Source: an uncultured Candidatus Rokubacteria bacterium
Lineage (GTDB): Bacteria > Methylomirabilota > Methylomirabilia > Rokubacteriales > CSP1-6
DNA: 64,000 nucleotides
Reading direction: 5' to 3'
NCBI GenBank assembly: GCA_963758635.1
Contig: CAVWWD010000008.1
Span: 608,001 to 672,000 of the forward strand
In this document: in pieces, positions 22,036-32,169 of the stretch
How positions within the stretch are numbered: the stretch's first letter is position 1
How the letters are laid out: each line of letters starts with the position of its first letter
Program-made: the position numbers and the translations under genes
The notes under the pieces: generated by a model
What the model was told of the DNA's origin: nothing
The model's input: the letters and a program-made list of their open reading frames with translations, nothing else
Database searches by the model: none

Positions 22036-22794
22036 GTGGAAGGGGAGGGGCGTTCGCCCGAGCCGGCGCAGCTCTCGTTCGCGGTGTATCGCGTCAACGA
22101 CTACGACCTGGCGATCCAGCACCTCGAAGCCGTGGAGCTCGCCTGCGAGCACATCGGGGTGACGCGCACGCGCAGCGACCAGTACTTCGACGGCACGCTC
22201 GGCAGGAAGCTGGTGAAGATCGTGCCCTTCAACCATCCGCTGACGCTCCTGGACCTGGAGGAGGTCAAGCGGGAGCTGGGGGCACGGCCGGGCGAGGACC
22301 GGGGGGTCGTGATGGTGTGCCTCGGCAAGGAGCCGGCCGCGGACGGCTGGATCGAGGACTGGAACCGGCTCCGTCGTGGCAAGGACGCGGTGAACCGCAT
22401 CGAGGCGATCGAGCTGCGCACCGATCCGAAGTACGGCAAGCTCTTCCAGCACCAGCCGGCGCGCGCGCGGGTCAAGGTCGCCCGCAAGGGCGGCGCCCTC
22501 AGCGTGGAGATCCAGGACTTCATCTCGCCCAGCGTCATCGAGCGCCTCCAGGGCGACGCCGGGCTCCTCCAGCCGAAGGTCGACGACTGGCGGGCGATGG
22601 TGGACTGCGTGCTCATCGACCCGGACTACGACGGCAAAGTCTTCCGCGTCGCGCTCTCCGACGTGCCCGAGCGGAAGTCCGATCTCGTCTCGGGCCGATA
22701 CGAGCTGCCCGTAGAGCCTGGGCCTCGGACGGTGGCGGTGAAGCTCGTCGACATGCTCGGCGAAGAGGTCTTGACGACGCACAGGCTGGAATGA
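22036..22794 (+). pseudogene. C-terminal fragment of a type III R-M Mod-like DNA methyltransferase
   Basis: FAVYRVNDYD...VLIDPDYDGKVF...VAVKLVDMLGEE; no DPPY/FxGxG catalytic motifs. Confidence 0.6.
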
Positions 22795-25700
22795 CGGAGA
22801 CTGAGCCCATGACTCGACGAAGCCGCTGGGAAGACGTGCGCCGCCGGATCGGCCGGGATGTTCCCGTGGAACCCGACGAACCCTGGGACGACGACGAGGC
22901 CGAATGGGACGACGCCGTCAACGCATTCGCGCTTCCGCCTGCGCCAGGCCGAAGCCTGCCGGGACCCTCGATGACGTGGCGAGAGCGCCTCAGCAGCGTC
23001 GACGCGGCGATGCAGGCGCCCGCGGACGTCCCGGGGCGAGCGTGGCCGCCCGGCCGCGAGATCCTGTACGTGATCGACGGCCCGGGAAGCGCGGCGGCGG
23101 GCGGGGTGATCCTCTCCACGGTGTATCGCGAGCGCCGGAAGGACGGAAGCTGGACGCGCCCCAAGCCCGCGAGCGTCGACGGGCAGCGGGCGCAGGTCCT
23201 GCCCGACCCCGCCGATCGGCGCATCTTCGGTCTTCTGCAAGGCGCGGCCAGCCCTTACGGCTCGCCGTCCGCCTACCTCCCCTATGCAACGGGGGCGGGC
23301 CGGTACGTTCTGTCGCCCGGGACCTTGGACACGCTCGTCCCCCTCGTCTGCGCCACCGGCCGGGGACGCGTCCAGACGGCGCCCCACCAGGAGGACTGGC
23401 CCGTCCTCCGGTGGGAGGACGCCGAGCCGTGGGTCTTCTGGATCGACGTGGCGGACGTCCCGGGAGCGGCCGCTTACGTGGTCACCGGTTCGCTGCGGCG
23501 TGGGGACGATCGCATGGACCTGAGCGAGCCGGTCCTGGTCGCGGCCGGCGGCATCGTGCTGGTCGGCGACCAGGCGGCTCGACTGGATGACGGCGGCGCC
23601 TTTCCGTGGATCGCGCATCTGCGGCAGCTCGGCCCGATCCGCGTGCCGCGGCGCCAGGGCGGGGAGTTGCTCGGGCGTCTCGTGCAGCTCGCGCACGTTC
23701 AGCGCATCGAGCTGCCGGAGGCGCTGCGCTTCGACGAGGTCGCCGTCGCTCCGCGGGTGCGCCTGGCCATCCGCCCCGGGCCGCGCGAATGGGGTCCGAC
23801 GCGGCTCCTGGGCGAGCTGTCCTTCGAGTACGCGGGATCGATCGCCCCGCATCGCAGCCCGGGTGGGCCGTGCTCGATGAGAGTGGCCGGCGTCTGTTGC
23901 GACGGGATGAGGGTGCGGAGCAGACCGCGAGCCGTCGCCTCGGAAGCCTCGGCTTCAAGTCCCGGAGCTTCTGGGGCCGCGAGGGCTACCAGAAGGCGCT
24001 CGACCTGCCACCGCGGAGTCTTCCGCGGGCCGTCGCGCAGCTCGTCCGCGAGGGCTGGCACGTGGAGGCCGAGGGCAAGCTCTACCGGCAGCCGGGCGCG
24101 GTCAGCATCGAGGTCACCTCGGGCGTGGACTGGTTCGAGCTGCACGGGTCGATCGCGTTCGGCGACACGGTGGCGCGGCTGCCCGAGCTGCTCGCGTCGC
24201 TCAGGAGAGGCGAGGGCACCGTGCTCCTCGGCGACGGAACCTACGGCGTCCTGCCCGAGGCGTGGCTCAGGCGATACGGTATGCTCGCCGGCCTCGGCGC
24301 CGCGGCCGGGGATCACGTGCGCTTCGGGCGGAGCCAGGTGGGCTTGCTCGACGCCCTGCTGTCGGCCCTGCCCGAGGCGAGCTGCGACGCCACGCTCGCG
24401 CGGGCCCGCGAGGAGCTGCGGCGCTTCGAGCGGATCGAGCCGAGCGATCCGCCGGGCGCATTTGCCGGCCGGTTGCGCGAGTACCAGCGGGACGGTCTCG
24501 GGTGGCTCCACTTCCTCCGCCGGTTCGGGTTCGGCGGGTGCCTCGCCGACGACATGGGGCTCGGCAAGACGGTGCAGGTGCTCGCCCTGCTCGAGGCGCG
24601 CCGGGAGGAGCGGGAGCGCGACGGAGGAGGGGCGGCGGCCGTCGCTCGTGGTGGTCCCCAAGTCTCTGGTGTTCAACTGGAAGCAGGAAGCGGCCCGGTT
24701 CACCCCGAAGCTGACCCTGCTCGACCACACCGGGGCCGGCCGCGCCCAACCGGGCGAGCACTTCGAGGACCACGACCTCGTGGTCACGACCTACGGGACG
24801 CTTCGCCGGGACGCGCTCGCCTTCAAGGACCGGCGCTTCGACTACGTCATCCTCGACGAGGCGCAGGCCATCAAGAACGCGGGGACGGAGTCGGCCAAGG
24901 CGGCGCGGCTCCTCGCCGCCGACCACCGGCTGGCGCTGAGCGGGACGCCCGTGCAGAACCACCTGGGCGAGCTGTGGAGCCTGTTCGAGTTCCTGAACCC
25001 GGGAATGCTGGGCTCCGCCGCGGCGTTCGGGCCGAGCGCGACCCGCGCGGCCGACGAGGACGCCCGCGGGCTCCTCGCCCGCGCGGTGCGACCTTTCGTC
25101 CTGCGCCGCACCAAGGAGCAGGTGGCGCGTGACCTTCCCGCCCGTACGGAGCAGACGATCCTGTGCGAGATGGACCCGGCGCAGCGCCGCCTCTACGACG
25201 AGCTGCGGGACCACTACCGGGCGTCGCTGCTCGGCCGCATCGCGCGGGACGGGCTGGGGCGGGCGAAGATCCAGATCCTGGAGGCGTTGCTGCGGCTGCG
25301 TCAGGCTGCGCTGCACCCGGGCCTGCTGGACCGCGCCCGCCGCGGCGAGTCCAGCGCCAAGCTCGACGCGCTCCTGCCCCAGCTCGCCGAGGTGCGGGAG
25401 GAGGGGCACAAGGCCCTGGTCTTCTCCCAGTTCACGAGCCTGCTCGACATCGTGCGGGCCCGGCTGGACGTGGCGGGCGTCCGCTACGAGTACCTGGACG
25501 GCAAGACGCGGGATCGCGCGGCGCGGGTTGAGCGCTTCCAGGGCGATCCGGAATGCCTGCTCTTTCTCGTGAGCCTCAAGGCGGGCGGGCTCGGGCTCAA
25601 CCTGACCGCGGCGGAGTACGTGTTCCTGCTCGACCCGTGGTGGAATCCGGCGGTCGAGGCGCAGGCGATCGACCGGACGCACCGGATCGGCCAGACCCGC

Positions 25701-25859
25701 CCCGTGTTCGCGTACCGCCTCATCGCCCGGGACACCGTGGAAGAGAAGATCCTCGAGCTGCAACAGACCAAGCGCGCCCTCGCGGAATCGATCATCGCGG
25801 CGGACGACGGCCTGATCCGGACGCTGTCACGGGAGGACCTCGAGCTGCTGCTCTCCTGA
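22791..25859 (+). CDS. SNF2/SWI2-family helicase (frameshifts near 23865 and 24620)
   Basis: [45 protein letters not shown]. Confidence 0.9.
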   Translation: MTETEPMTRRSRWEDVRRRIGRDVPVEPDEPWDDDEAEWDDAVNAFALPPAPGRSLPGPSMTWRERLSSVDAAMQAPADVPGRAWPPGREILYVIDGPGSAAAGGVILSTVYRERRKDGSWTRPKPASVDGQRAQVLPDPADRRIFGLLQGAASPYGSPSAYLPYATGAGRYVLSPGTLDTLVPLVCATGRGRVQTAPHQEDWPVLRWEDAEPWVFWIDVADVPGAAAYVVTGSLRRGDDRMDLSEPVLVAAGGIVLVGDQAARLDDGGAFPWIAHLRQLGPIRVPRRQGGELLGRLVQLAHVQRIELPEALRFDEVAVAPRVRLAIRPGPREWGPTRLLGELSFEYAGSIAPHRSPGGPCSMRVAGVCCDGMRVRSRPRAVASEASASSPGASGAARATRRRSTCHRGVFRGPSRSSSARAGTWRPRASSTGSRARSASRSPRAWTGSSCTGRSRSATRWRGCPSCSRRSGEARAPCSSATEPTASCPRRGSGDTVCSPASAPRPGITCASGGARWACSTPCCRPCPRRAATPRSRGPARSCGASSGSSRAIRRAHLPAGCASTSGTVSGGSTSSAGSGSAGASPTTWGSARRCRCSPCSRRAGRSGSATEEGRRPSLVVVPKSLVFNWKQEAARFTPKLTLLDHTGAGRAQPGEHFEDHDLVVTTYGTLRRDALAFKDRRFDYVILDEAQAIKNAGTESAKAARLLAADHRLALSGTPVQNHLGELWSLFEFLNPGMLGSAAAFGPSATRAADEDARGLLARAVRPFVLRRTKEQVARDLPARTEQTILCEMDPAQRRLYDELRDHYRASLLGRIARDGLGRAKIQILEALLRLRQAALHPGLLDRARRGESSAKLDALLPQLAEVREEGHKALVFSQFTSLLDIVRARLDVAGVRYEYLDGKTRDRAARVERFQGDPECLLFLVSLKAGGLGLNLTAAEYVFLLDPWWNPAVEAQAIDRTHRIGQTRPVFAYRLIARDTVEEKILELQQTKRALAESIIAADDGLIRTLSREDLELLLS

Positions 25860-25894
25860 CCCTCCCGGGACGAGGACGCGAGAGACGGAAGCCC

Positions 25895-26438
25895 TCAGAT
25901 GCGGATGCCCAACCGGAGGGCGGCGGCGAGGAGCGCCACCTTCGAGACCGACTCGGTAATCCGGTCGTCCAGCGCCATCAGGACCGCCTCCCGGAAGGGC
26001 ACGATGCGACGCTCGAAGAACTCGTCGTCGTCCGCGGGGAGGGGGTCGGCGGCGAGGTCCTCAGCCAGATAGCAGAACGCCTCCTCGTCCAGATACGCGT
26101 TCGACGGATGGAACCGCGTCAGAAACGTGAGCCTCCCGGCGCGGTACCCGCCCTCTTCGCGGAGCTCGCGCTGCGCCGCCGCCTCGGGGGTCTCGCCCCC
26201 TTGACCGCCGCCGCCGGGCAGCTCCCAGGACTCGGCGCGCGCGAGGTGCCGGAACTGGCGCACGAGCACCACGCGCTCGGCGTCGACGAACGGCACGACC
26301 CCGACCGTCATGCCGACGTGCAGCACGGGATAGGTGCGCTCGCCGCCTCCGGGCAGGCGCCAGAACGTCCTCGCGCAGCGTGAGCTTGCCCATCTCGCGG
26401 ACGGCGGTCGATCGCAGGTGCGTCCAGGTCCCGGACAT
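25895..26438 (-). CDS. NUDIX hydrolase, ADP-ribose pyrophosphatase-like (frameshift near 26363)
   Basis: WELPGG...ETPEAAAQRELREEGG Nudix box. Confidence 0.85.
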
Positions 26439-26585
26439 GGCGGATCCTCCTCTACGAGGTTGTGAAGCAATCCGCACCTCGGCTTCAGCGAGCGGGCCAA
26501 CACCGCGATGCTGCGGACATACGGGGTGCCACCTCGCCATTCGTTCACGATCTCGGCGCGGAGCTTACGTGATATCGTACCGGCG

Positions 26586-26825
26586 ATGCCGCCGGACCCC
26601 CACGTGGACCGCCTGATGGACAAGCTCCTGCGGGCCGTCGAGGTCTCGCTGCGGGCCACCGAGGCGTCCCGGGAAGCCGTCCAGGAGATCCTCAAGCGCG
26701 GCGCCGAGACCGGCATCTTCTTCGCCGGCGCGGGCAAGCGCGAGGCCGGCGACGGCTTCGACCTCACCGAGCAGGATCGCGACTTCCTCCGCTCGCTCTC
26801 GATCCGGCCCGACCCCAGAGCCTGA
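26586..26825 (+). CDS. Small hypothetical protein
   Basis: Clean ORF with genome-like codon bias, ending LTEQDRDFLRSLSI. Confidence 0.65.
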   Translation: MPPDPHVDRLMDKLLRAVEVSLRATEASREAVQEILKRGAETGIFFAGAGKREAGDGFDLTEQDRDFLRSLSIRPDPRA

Positions 26826-26835
26826 GGCGCACCTC

Positions 26836-27075
26836 GTGCGCGCGCTCCTGCTGCTCGCCGTCATCGCCTTCGCCGTGGTCGTCCTGTGGCCGCTCCTGGC
26901 CCAGGTGGCCCGGCGGCGCCTGCCGTCCCGCGGGTCGGACCGGCGCGACGAGCTGGTGAAGGACCCCGTGTGTCAGACCTACGTGGTGATGTCGCGCGCG
27001 GTGCGGACGGGGGAGGGCCCGAGCGCGATCTACTTCTGCAGCCGCGAGTGCGCGGCCCGCTACACGCGAGGGTAG
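26836..27075 (+). CDS. Membrane-anchored YHS/TRASH domain protein
   Basis: N-terminal TM; KDPVC...YFCSREC. Confidence 0.82.
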   Translation: MRALLLLAVIAFAVVVLWPLLAQVARRRLPSRGSDRRDELVKDPVCQTYVVMSRAVRTGEGPSAIYFCSRECAARYTRG

Positions 27076-27083
27076 CGGCGGGC

Positions 27084-27305
27084 GTGAGCGAGGAACGCCG
27101 GCTCCTCGTCTGCGATCTCGACGGCACCCTCGTGGACACGTCCCTCGTGCTCGATCCCGCGCTCGTCGAGGCGTTCCGGGAGGCCGCTGGCCGAGGGCTC
27201 CTGATCGCGCTCGCCACCGGACGCATGCCGCCGGGGGCCGAGCGCTATCGCGAGGAGCTCGGCGTGACCGCGCGAGAAGGAGGACACCGTGCCACGCGTA
27301 CGTGA
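27084..27305 (+). pseudogene. Truncated Cof-type HAD hydrolase (N-terminus only)
   Basis: CDLDGTL and ATGR present; ends after ~70 aa. Confidence 0.65.
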
Positions 27306-27831
27306 GATCGACGATCCCGGAGACGACCCGATCCTCACCGACCTCTTCGCCAAGGAGCGGGAGGTGTTCGGCGATCTGCTGAACACCACCAAGGTCATGG
27401 CGCACTGCCCGCCTATCCTCCGGGCGGCCAAGCAGCTCGGCGCCTCGATCGAGCGCTCGGGCCGGCTGCCGTCGGGCCTGCTCCCGCTGGTCTACCTGCG
27501 CGTCGCCCTCATCAACGGCTGTCCCTTCTGAATCGACATCAACGCATCCCGTGGGATGCAGGCAGGGTCGACGGAGGACAAGGTCCGGCAGGTGCCCGAG
27601 TGGCGGACGAGCACGCTCTTCTCGCCGGCGGAGCGCGTGGCGTTGGAGTACGCGGAGCGGGTCACCATCACCGGCGAGAAGGTGGACGACGATCTCTTCG
27701 GCCGCCTGCGGGCGCAGTTCGACGAATCACAGGTCGTGGAGCTGACGGCGGCGATCGCCCTCGAAAACTTCCGCTCGAAGTTCAACCCCGCGCTGGGCAT
27801 CGAGGCCCAGGGCTTCTGCATGCTGCGGTAG
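27289..27831 (+). CDS. AhpD/carboxymuconolactone decarboxylase family protein with CxxU (probable selenocysteine at TGA 27529-27531)
   Basis: ORFs 27289-27531 and 27556-27831 share a frame: RVALINGCPF-TGA-IDIN...ERVALEYAERVT...NFRSKFN. Confidence 0.85.
27544..27559 (+). promoter_or_regulatory. SECIS-like hairpin 12 nt 3' of the in-frame UGA
   Basis: GCATCC-CGTG-GGATGC stem-loop. Confidence 0.6.
27770..27831 (+). repeat. attL: 62-bp direct repeat (3' end of the CMD gene)
   Basis: Identical to 32108-32169. Confidence 0.92.
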
Positions 27832-27899
27832 ATCGCTGGGTTGCGGGGCATCTGGCCCCGGCCCCGTGCCCCCCGCCACGGCCGCTGGGTGCGCCTGGG

Positions 27900-28565
27900 G
27901 TGCCGTCGGGAGCGCCAGGCTGGCGCTCTCCTCGGGCATCCAGCGCGCGTACACGCGCAGGAGCACCGCGGCCGAGGCCCACCGGCCTTGACGCTGGACG
28001 TAGAGCGAGGGGCGCGTTCCGGCTCAGGAGGACGCTGGCGAACGTGTGCCGCAGCATCTCCGGGGGCCGGTAGCGGACACCGGCCGCGGTGAGGGCGCGC
28101 TTCCAGGCGCGGGTCACGGCCATCGGCTCCCACGCCTGGCCATCGGGGCGGGTGAACACCAGGGCCTCGGGGTCGAGCGCCTGGACCGGCAGCCGGCGCA
28201 GGGCGGTCAAGACGACGCGCGAGGCGGCGGTCGCTCCGGGCCGCCACTCCGACGTGTCGTCGGCCACCGGGTGCAGGAACGAGACCTCCCGGGCCGTCCG
28301 GGTCTTGGTGGGGCCGATCCGCCCCCGCGTGTAGGTCCGCCGAACCAGGACGACGCCGCGCTCGGCGTCGAGATCGCTCCACCGGAGCGCCGCCACCTCG
28401 CCGGCGCGCATGCCCGTTTGGACCCAGAGCCGGGCCATGGCCGCGAAGGTCGGATCCTGGCGCGCGGCCGTGGTGAGGATGGCGCGCAGCTCGCGCGGGG
28501 TGAAGGGATCCAGGCCCTCCTCGACCTGGGCCGGAAAGCGGCCGACCCCGCGCGCGGGGTTGCCC
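27900..28565 (-). pseudogene. Tyrosine recombinase/integrase catalytic domain, 5'-truncated (frameshift near 28005)
   Basis: NPARGVGRF...TGMRAGEVAALRWSD...PTKT...MLRHTFAS...GRW...VYARW. Confidence 0.85.
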
Positions 28566-28607
28566 GATGCTTCTGCCGGCTCTCTCGTCGTTGCTTCGTC
28601 TCGCCCG

Positions 28608-29003
28608 TCAGTTCGAGAATGCTCCCACCACTAGTGGTGGCTCTGCCTTTACGAGCACGAAGGCCCGCCGGGCCTCCGGGTAGTGGGGATCGACGGGGAC
28701 GTACGCCCCGCCCGCCTTGAGCACGCCGATCAGCCCCACGACAAGTGCGATCGAGCGCTCCATGCACACGACGACGAACCTGTCCGGCCCGACGCCGAGG
28801 TCGCGCAGCGCGTGGGCCAGGCGGTTGGCTCGCCGGTTCAGCTCGCCGTAGCTCAGCTCCTGCCCCAGGAAGGTCACCGCGGTGGCGTGCGGCGACCGCT
28901 CCGCCTGCGTCTCGAACAGCCCGGCCAGGCTCGGCTCCCGCGCCTCGTCAGGCTCACGGGAAGGTCTGGACGCGACTTGCGCAGGGCGCCGAGAACTCAT
29001 CAT
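28608..29003 (-). pseudogene. NRPS adenylation domain N-terminal fragment
   Basis: A1 LSYGELNRRANRLA and A2 LKAGGAYVPVDP; terminates soon after. Confidence 0.8.
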
Positions 29004-29252
29004 CGAGGCCTCCTCGAGATGTGAGGGGTTGTTTTCACAGTGTCGGACCAGAAGTACATCCGTGCACGCTCCCCCGGAGCCCCTTCAGCCTGGCGCCAAG
29101 GGATCACGAGCTCCAAACTAGCTGGAATCATGATACTCACGACGCGGGTTGCGGGCGAAAACAAACCGCCGGACGAGCTGGCCCTCACGGACCGCAAACA
29201 GTAGTGCAGGCCGTGTGCCACTGTCCGGCGGCGCATCGGGGCTGGAAGAGCA

Positions 29253-29288
29253 CAAAAGAATCGGGGGCGGCCGATGTGGCCGCCCCCG
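29253..29288 (-). terminator. Rho-independent terminator downstream of the PEP-CTERM gene
   Basis: 11-bp stem CGGGGGCGGCC/GGCCGCCCCCG followed by a T-rich tract on the minus strand. Confidence 0.75.
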
Positions 29289-29318
29289 GTGTTTCCGATC
29301 GTATCGCGCGCGCGAGAA

Positions 29319-30349
29319 CTACTCGCGGGTGCGGGTCCTCCAGCCAAGCAGCCCGAAGCCCGCGAGCCCGAGCCCGATGAGCGCGAGCGAGGCGGGGGCG
29401 GGGATCGGCGTCGAGACCGGCGCGATCCGCATGATTACCATGAAAGCGTTGTCGAAGCCCTCCTGCGCATACGCCAGACCGTTCGCGAAGTCGATGGCGA
29501 TCCTGTGGTCGGCACTGTCGCTGCACTGGAAGATGACGAGCGTCCCTCCGTCGAGACGATATCGCTGCAATCCGGGAACGGCGAAAGGTTGAACTCGAGG
29601 AGGTACTGAATGCCGTTGGAAGTGAACACCTGGTCGTTGAAGTCACTGGTGTCGAAGGTGAACACGTCGTCGCAGGCCGAGCCAAGCGGGTTCTCACCGA
29701 CGCAATCGGCCGCGACGACCTCGTTCAGCGTCTCGATGAACACGATTGGGACCGCGTTGTTGTCCGTGAAGGGCGGGACGCTGTTGATCGTCAGGCTCGT
29801 CTGGGTGGTGATTCCGCCCAGGTAGTTGCCTTCGTTGTCGATGACCCGGTTCAGGTGATCGAGCCGCTGGACCACCACCCACAGACCGTCGTCTCTCAGG
29901 GTGCCGTCCGCGCTGAAGGTGAACACCCCGACGGGCGAAGGCGTCGGGCTGGTAATGTTATCGAACGGGAAGAACACGAGGGAGCTACGGCCAGGGTCAT
30001 TGGTGGGGTCCTGGTTACTGACCACCTCGCCCACAACTCCGCCGTTGGCGCAGTTCGTCACGCCAGGACTGTTGTTGCCGTCAGCCAGGCAGCCCCACGA
30101 GATGCTCCTGTAGGTGCCGGCAGGCGCTGGCGGATCGTTCGGATCCTGGAAGAACTCCAGGCCGCCATGGCCAGCGACGCCGGGACCTGGGAACCCCGGG
30201 CCCCGCGGACCGGCTAACAGGCTGCCCGTCCCGAGAGCGAACCCGCCCGACTGATTCCACGTGAAGTCCACAGCTTCGCCGGCTGCGGTGTGGCCGATCA
30301 CGAGCGCGGCCACCAGACCCACCAACCATCCCCTGTTTCTCTTTGTCAT
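29319..30349 (-). CDS. PEP-CTERM-type sorted surface protein, THxN-family-like (frameshift near 29560-29590)
   Basis: Signal peptide; LDHLN and FIETLN...CDDVF; C-terminal IPAPASLALIGLGLAGFGLLGWRTRTRE; AGGAGG RBS. Confidence 0.78.
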
Positions 30350-30575
30350 CACTACCTCCTAAGCTTGGTTAGAGCTGGACTCGCTACACATTCGCTATTG
30401 CAAGGGGTTAGGGGCAGGCGGCGGGCGCTTGAGTCGTGACGGTCCGGGCGCTGCGCTCGGCCTGAAGGTGCACCGATCGTCGCTCGTCTCAGACCGATCA
30501 TTGCTCTCCTCCCAGCCCCCTGGCGGGGGTTTAGCCATCCAATGCCAGTATAATTACCGACGGGGTAACCCCTTC

Positions 30576-30590
30576 GCAGGTATCATGCCA
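30576..30590 (-). promoter_or_regulatory. Candidate sigma54 (-24/-12) promoter for the PEP-CTERM gene
   Basis: Minus strand TGGCATGATACCTGC (GG-N10-GC). Confidence 0.5.
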
Positions 30591-30659
30591 TCGACATAGC
30601 GCAGAGACTGCACTAGGTTGTAAGGCGGTACGTTCTTACCCTGGGCAAATCTGAAAAAA

Positions 30660-30953
30660 TTCCCGACGCCGATCGGGACCCTCTGCGCGGCCATCCATCG
30701 CCGTGACGGCGAGGCCGGCGTGCGCCGGATCCTCGGCGTCCTCGCCCTCGCCAAGAAATTCGGCGCCGCGGCCGTCGACGACGGCTGTGGGGCCGCCCTG
30801 GAGCTCGGCGTCGCCGACTACCGCTTCGTGCGGCGCTATCTCGAACGCCACGCTCCGGCCCCGCTGACTCTGCGCCAGGTCGACCCGCTCATCCGCGAGC
30901 TCACCCACTACCGCGATGTCATCGCGCGCAAGACCCAGGAGACGGCCCCATGA
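30660..30953 (+). pseudogene. istA: IS21 family transposase C-terminal remnant
   Basis: GVRRILGVLALAKKFG...YRFVRRYLE...LIRELTHY; ATGA overlap with istB. Confidence 0.7.
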
Positions 30954-31385
30954 ACGTCGTCGAGCTGCAACGCGCCCTGCGCCAGCTTCGCTGCTCCGGC
31001 ATGGCCACCGCGCTCGAGGCCCGCCTGCTCGAAGCCCAAGCCGAGCGGCTCGTGCCCCTCGATTTCCTCTCCCGCCTCATTCAGGACGAGCTGCTCCGCC
31101 GCCAGGACCGGCTCCTCGAGCGGCGGGTGAAGCTCGCGGGGTTTCGGGACGCCGACAAACGCCTCGATACCTTTGACTTCGACTTCAACAAGAAGATGCC
31201 GCGCGCCCTCGTCTTCGAGCTCGCCACCGCCCGATGGGTCACCCAGCACGACGATGCCCTCTTCCTCGGCCCCCCCGGCTCTGGCAAGAGTCACCTCGCG
31301 CAAGCCCTCGGCCTCGCCGTCATCCAGCAGGGCCACCGCGTCCTCTACCGGGAGGCCCACCAGCTCCTCGAGGATCTGGCCGCCG
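30950..31385 (+). pseudogene. istB: IS21 helper ATPase, 3'-truncated
   Basis: LRQLRCSGM...LDTFDFDFN...GPPGSGKSHLAQALG; Walker B missing. Confidence 0.85.
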
Positions 31386-31771
31386 TTGACGTGAACGCGC
31401 GCCTGCGGGTCCGGGTCGCGGCGGAGCTCGAAGACCACGGCGGTCAGCGGCGGCCGGCCGGCAGCGGCGCCGGGGAGTTCGGCCCGGCGGAATTGCAGCC
31501 AGGCGCTCGCAATCTCCACGGCGCGCAGGCGCGTGGCGTGATCGGGCCGCCCGTCGGGCGTGACCGCCTCGAGCGCCTCCCGCGCCGCCTGCACGGCCGC
31601 GCGCCAGTGGTCCTCGGTGAAGCCGCCCACCGCCAGGGCCGCGTCCAGCAGGCTCGCGCCGGTCCAGGCGCGCGGCGTGTCCCGAGCCCGGCGCTTCGGG
31701 CGCGCCGGGCCCTTCCCGGCCGCCGGGAGCGATGAGCGTGACTCCTGAGCGTCAGCGCCGGGGGAGGGCAA
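31386..31771 (-). CDS. Phage-like hypothetical protein, 3' end lost at the IS21 junction
   Basis: EALEAVTPDGRPDHATRLRAVEI helical motif; inside the element. Confidence 0.4.
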
Positions 31772-31994
31772 GGTAGGTGTGCAGGCGGTGCACGTCGTCG
31801 AGGGTGAGCACGCGGTGGCGGCGCGGATGGGACCCGCGCCGCATGTAGCGCGGGGGGAAGAACTCCTTGCGATGGGTGCTCAGCACGTTGCGCAGGGTCG
31901 CGGGGGCGCGGCAGAAGAGGACCGCCACCGCATCGAGGTAGAAGAGGCACTGCGCGGCCACGTCGGGCGGGAGCGCACTCGGCTCGCGCGTCAC
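31752..31994 (-). CDS. Small basic putative DNA-binding (excisionase/MerR-HTH-like) protein
   Basis: FYLDAVAVLFCRAPATLRN...RVLTLDDVHRL; next to attR. Confidence 0.45.
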   Translation of the reverse strand: MTREPSALPPDVAAQCLFYLDAVAVLFCRAPATLRNVLSTHRKEFFPPRYMRRGSHPRRHRVLTLDDVHRLHTYLALPRR

Positions 31995-32107
31995 CGTTCA
32001 TCTCAGGCTCCGGCTGGGTGCGCGGGGGGTGCGTGGACCGCCGCGTTTTGCCGCGATCTGCCGAGGGGGCGCTTCTAAGTTCCTGCGAAGTTACAGATGC
32101 GTCGACC

Positions 32108-32169
32108 TCCGCTCGAAGTTCAACCCCGCGCTGGGCATCGAGGCCCAGGGCTTCTGCATGCTGCGGTAG
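32108..32169 (+). repeat. attR: 62-bp direct repeat
   Basis: Identical to 27770-27831. Confidence 0.92.

Larger units (their letters stand above)
27770..32169. mobile_element. Degenerate integrative element / prophage-like remnant (~4.3 kb)
   Basis: 62-bp direct repeats; integrase remnant next to attL; mosaic cargo. Confidence 0.85.

Noticed and set aside
22317..25859. 1180-aa ORF as a single correct protein
   Set aside because: It reads off-frame between ~23865 and ~24620; the SNF2 motif I lies in another frame and the likely start is 22791
27770..27831. tRNA/tmRNA as the integration target
   Set aside because: The repeat is protein-coding sequence ending in TAG, with no cloverleaf, T-loop or CCA features
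28608..29003. NRPS biosynthetic gene cluster
   Set aside because: Only the A1-A2 portion of one adenylation domain; no carrier or condensation domains
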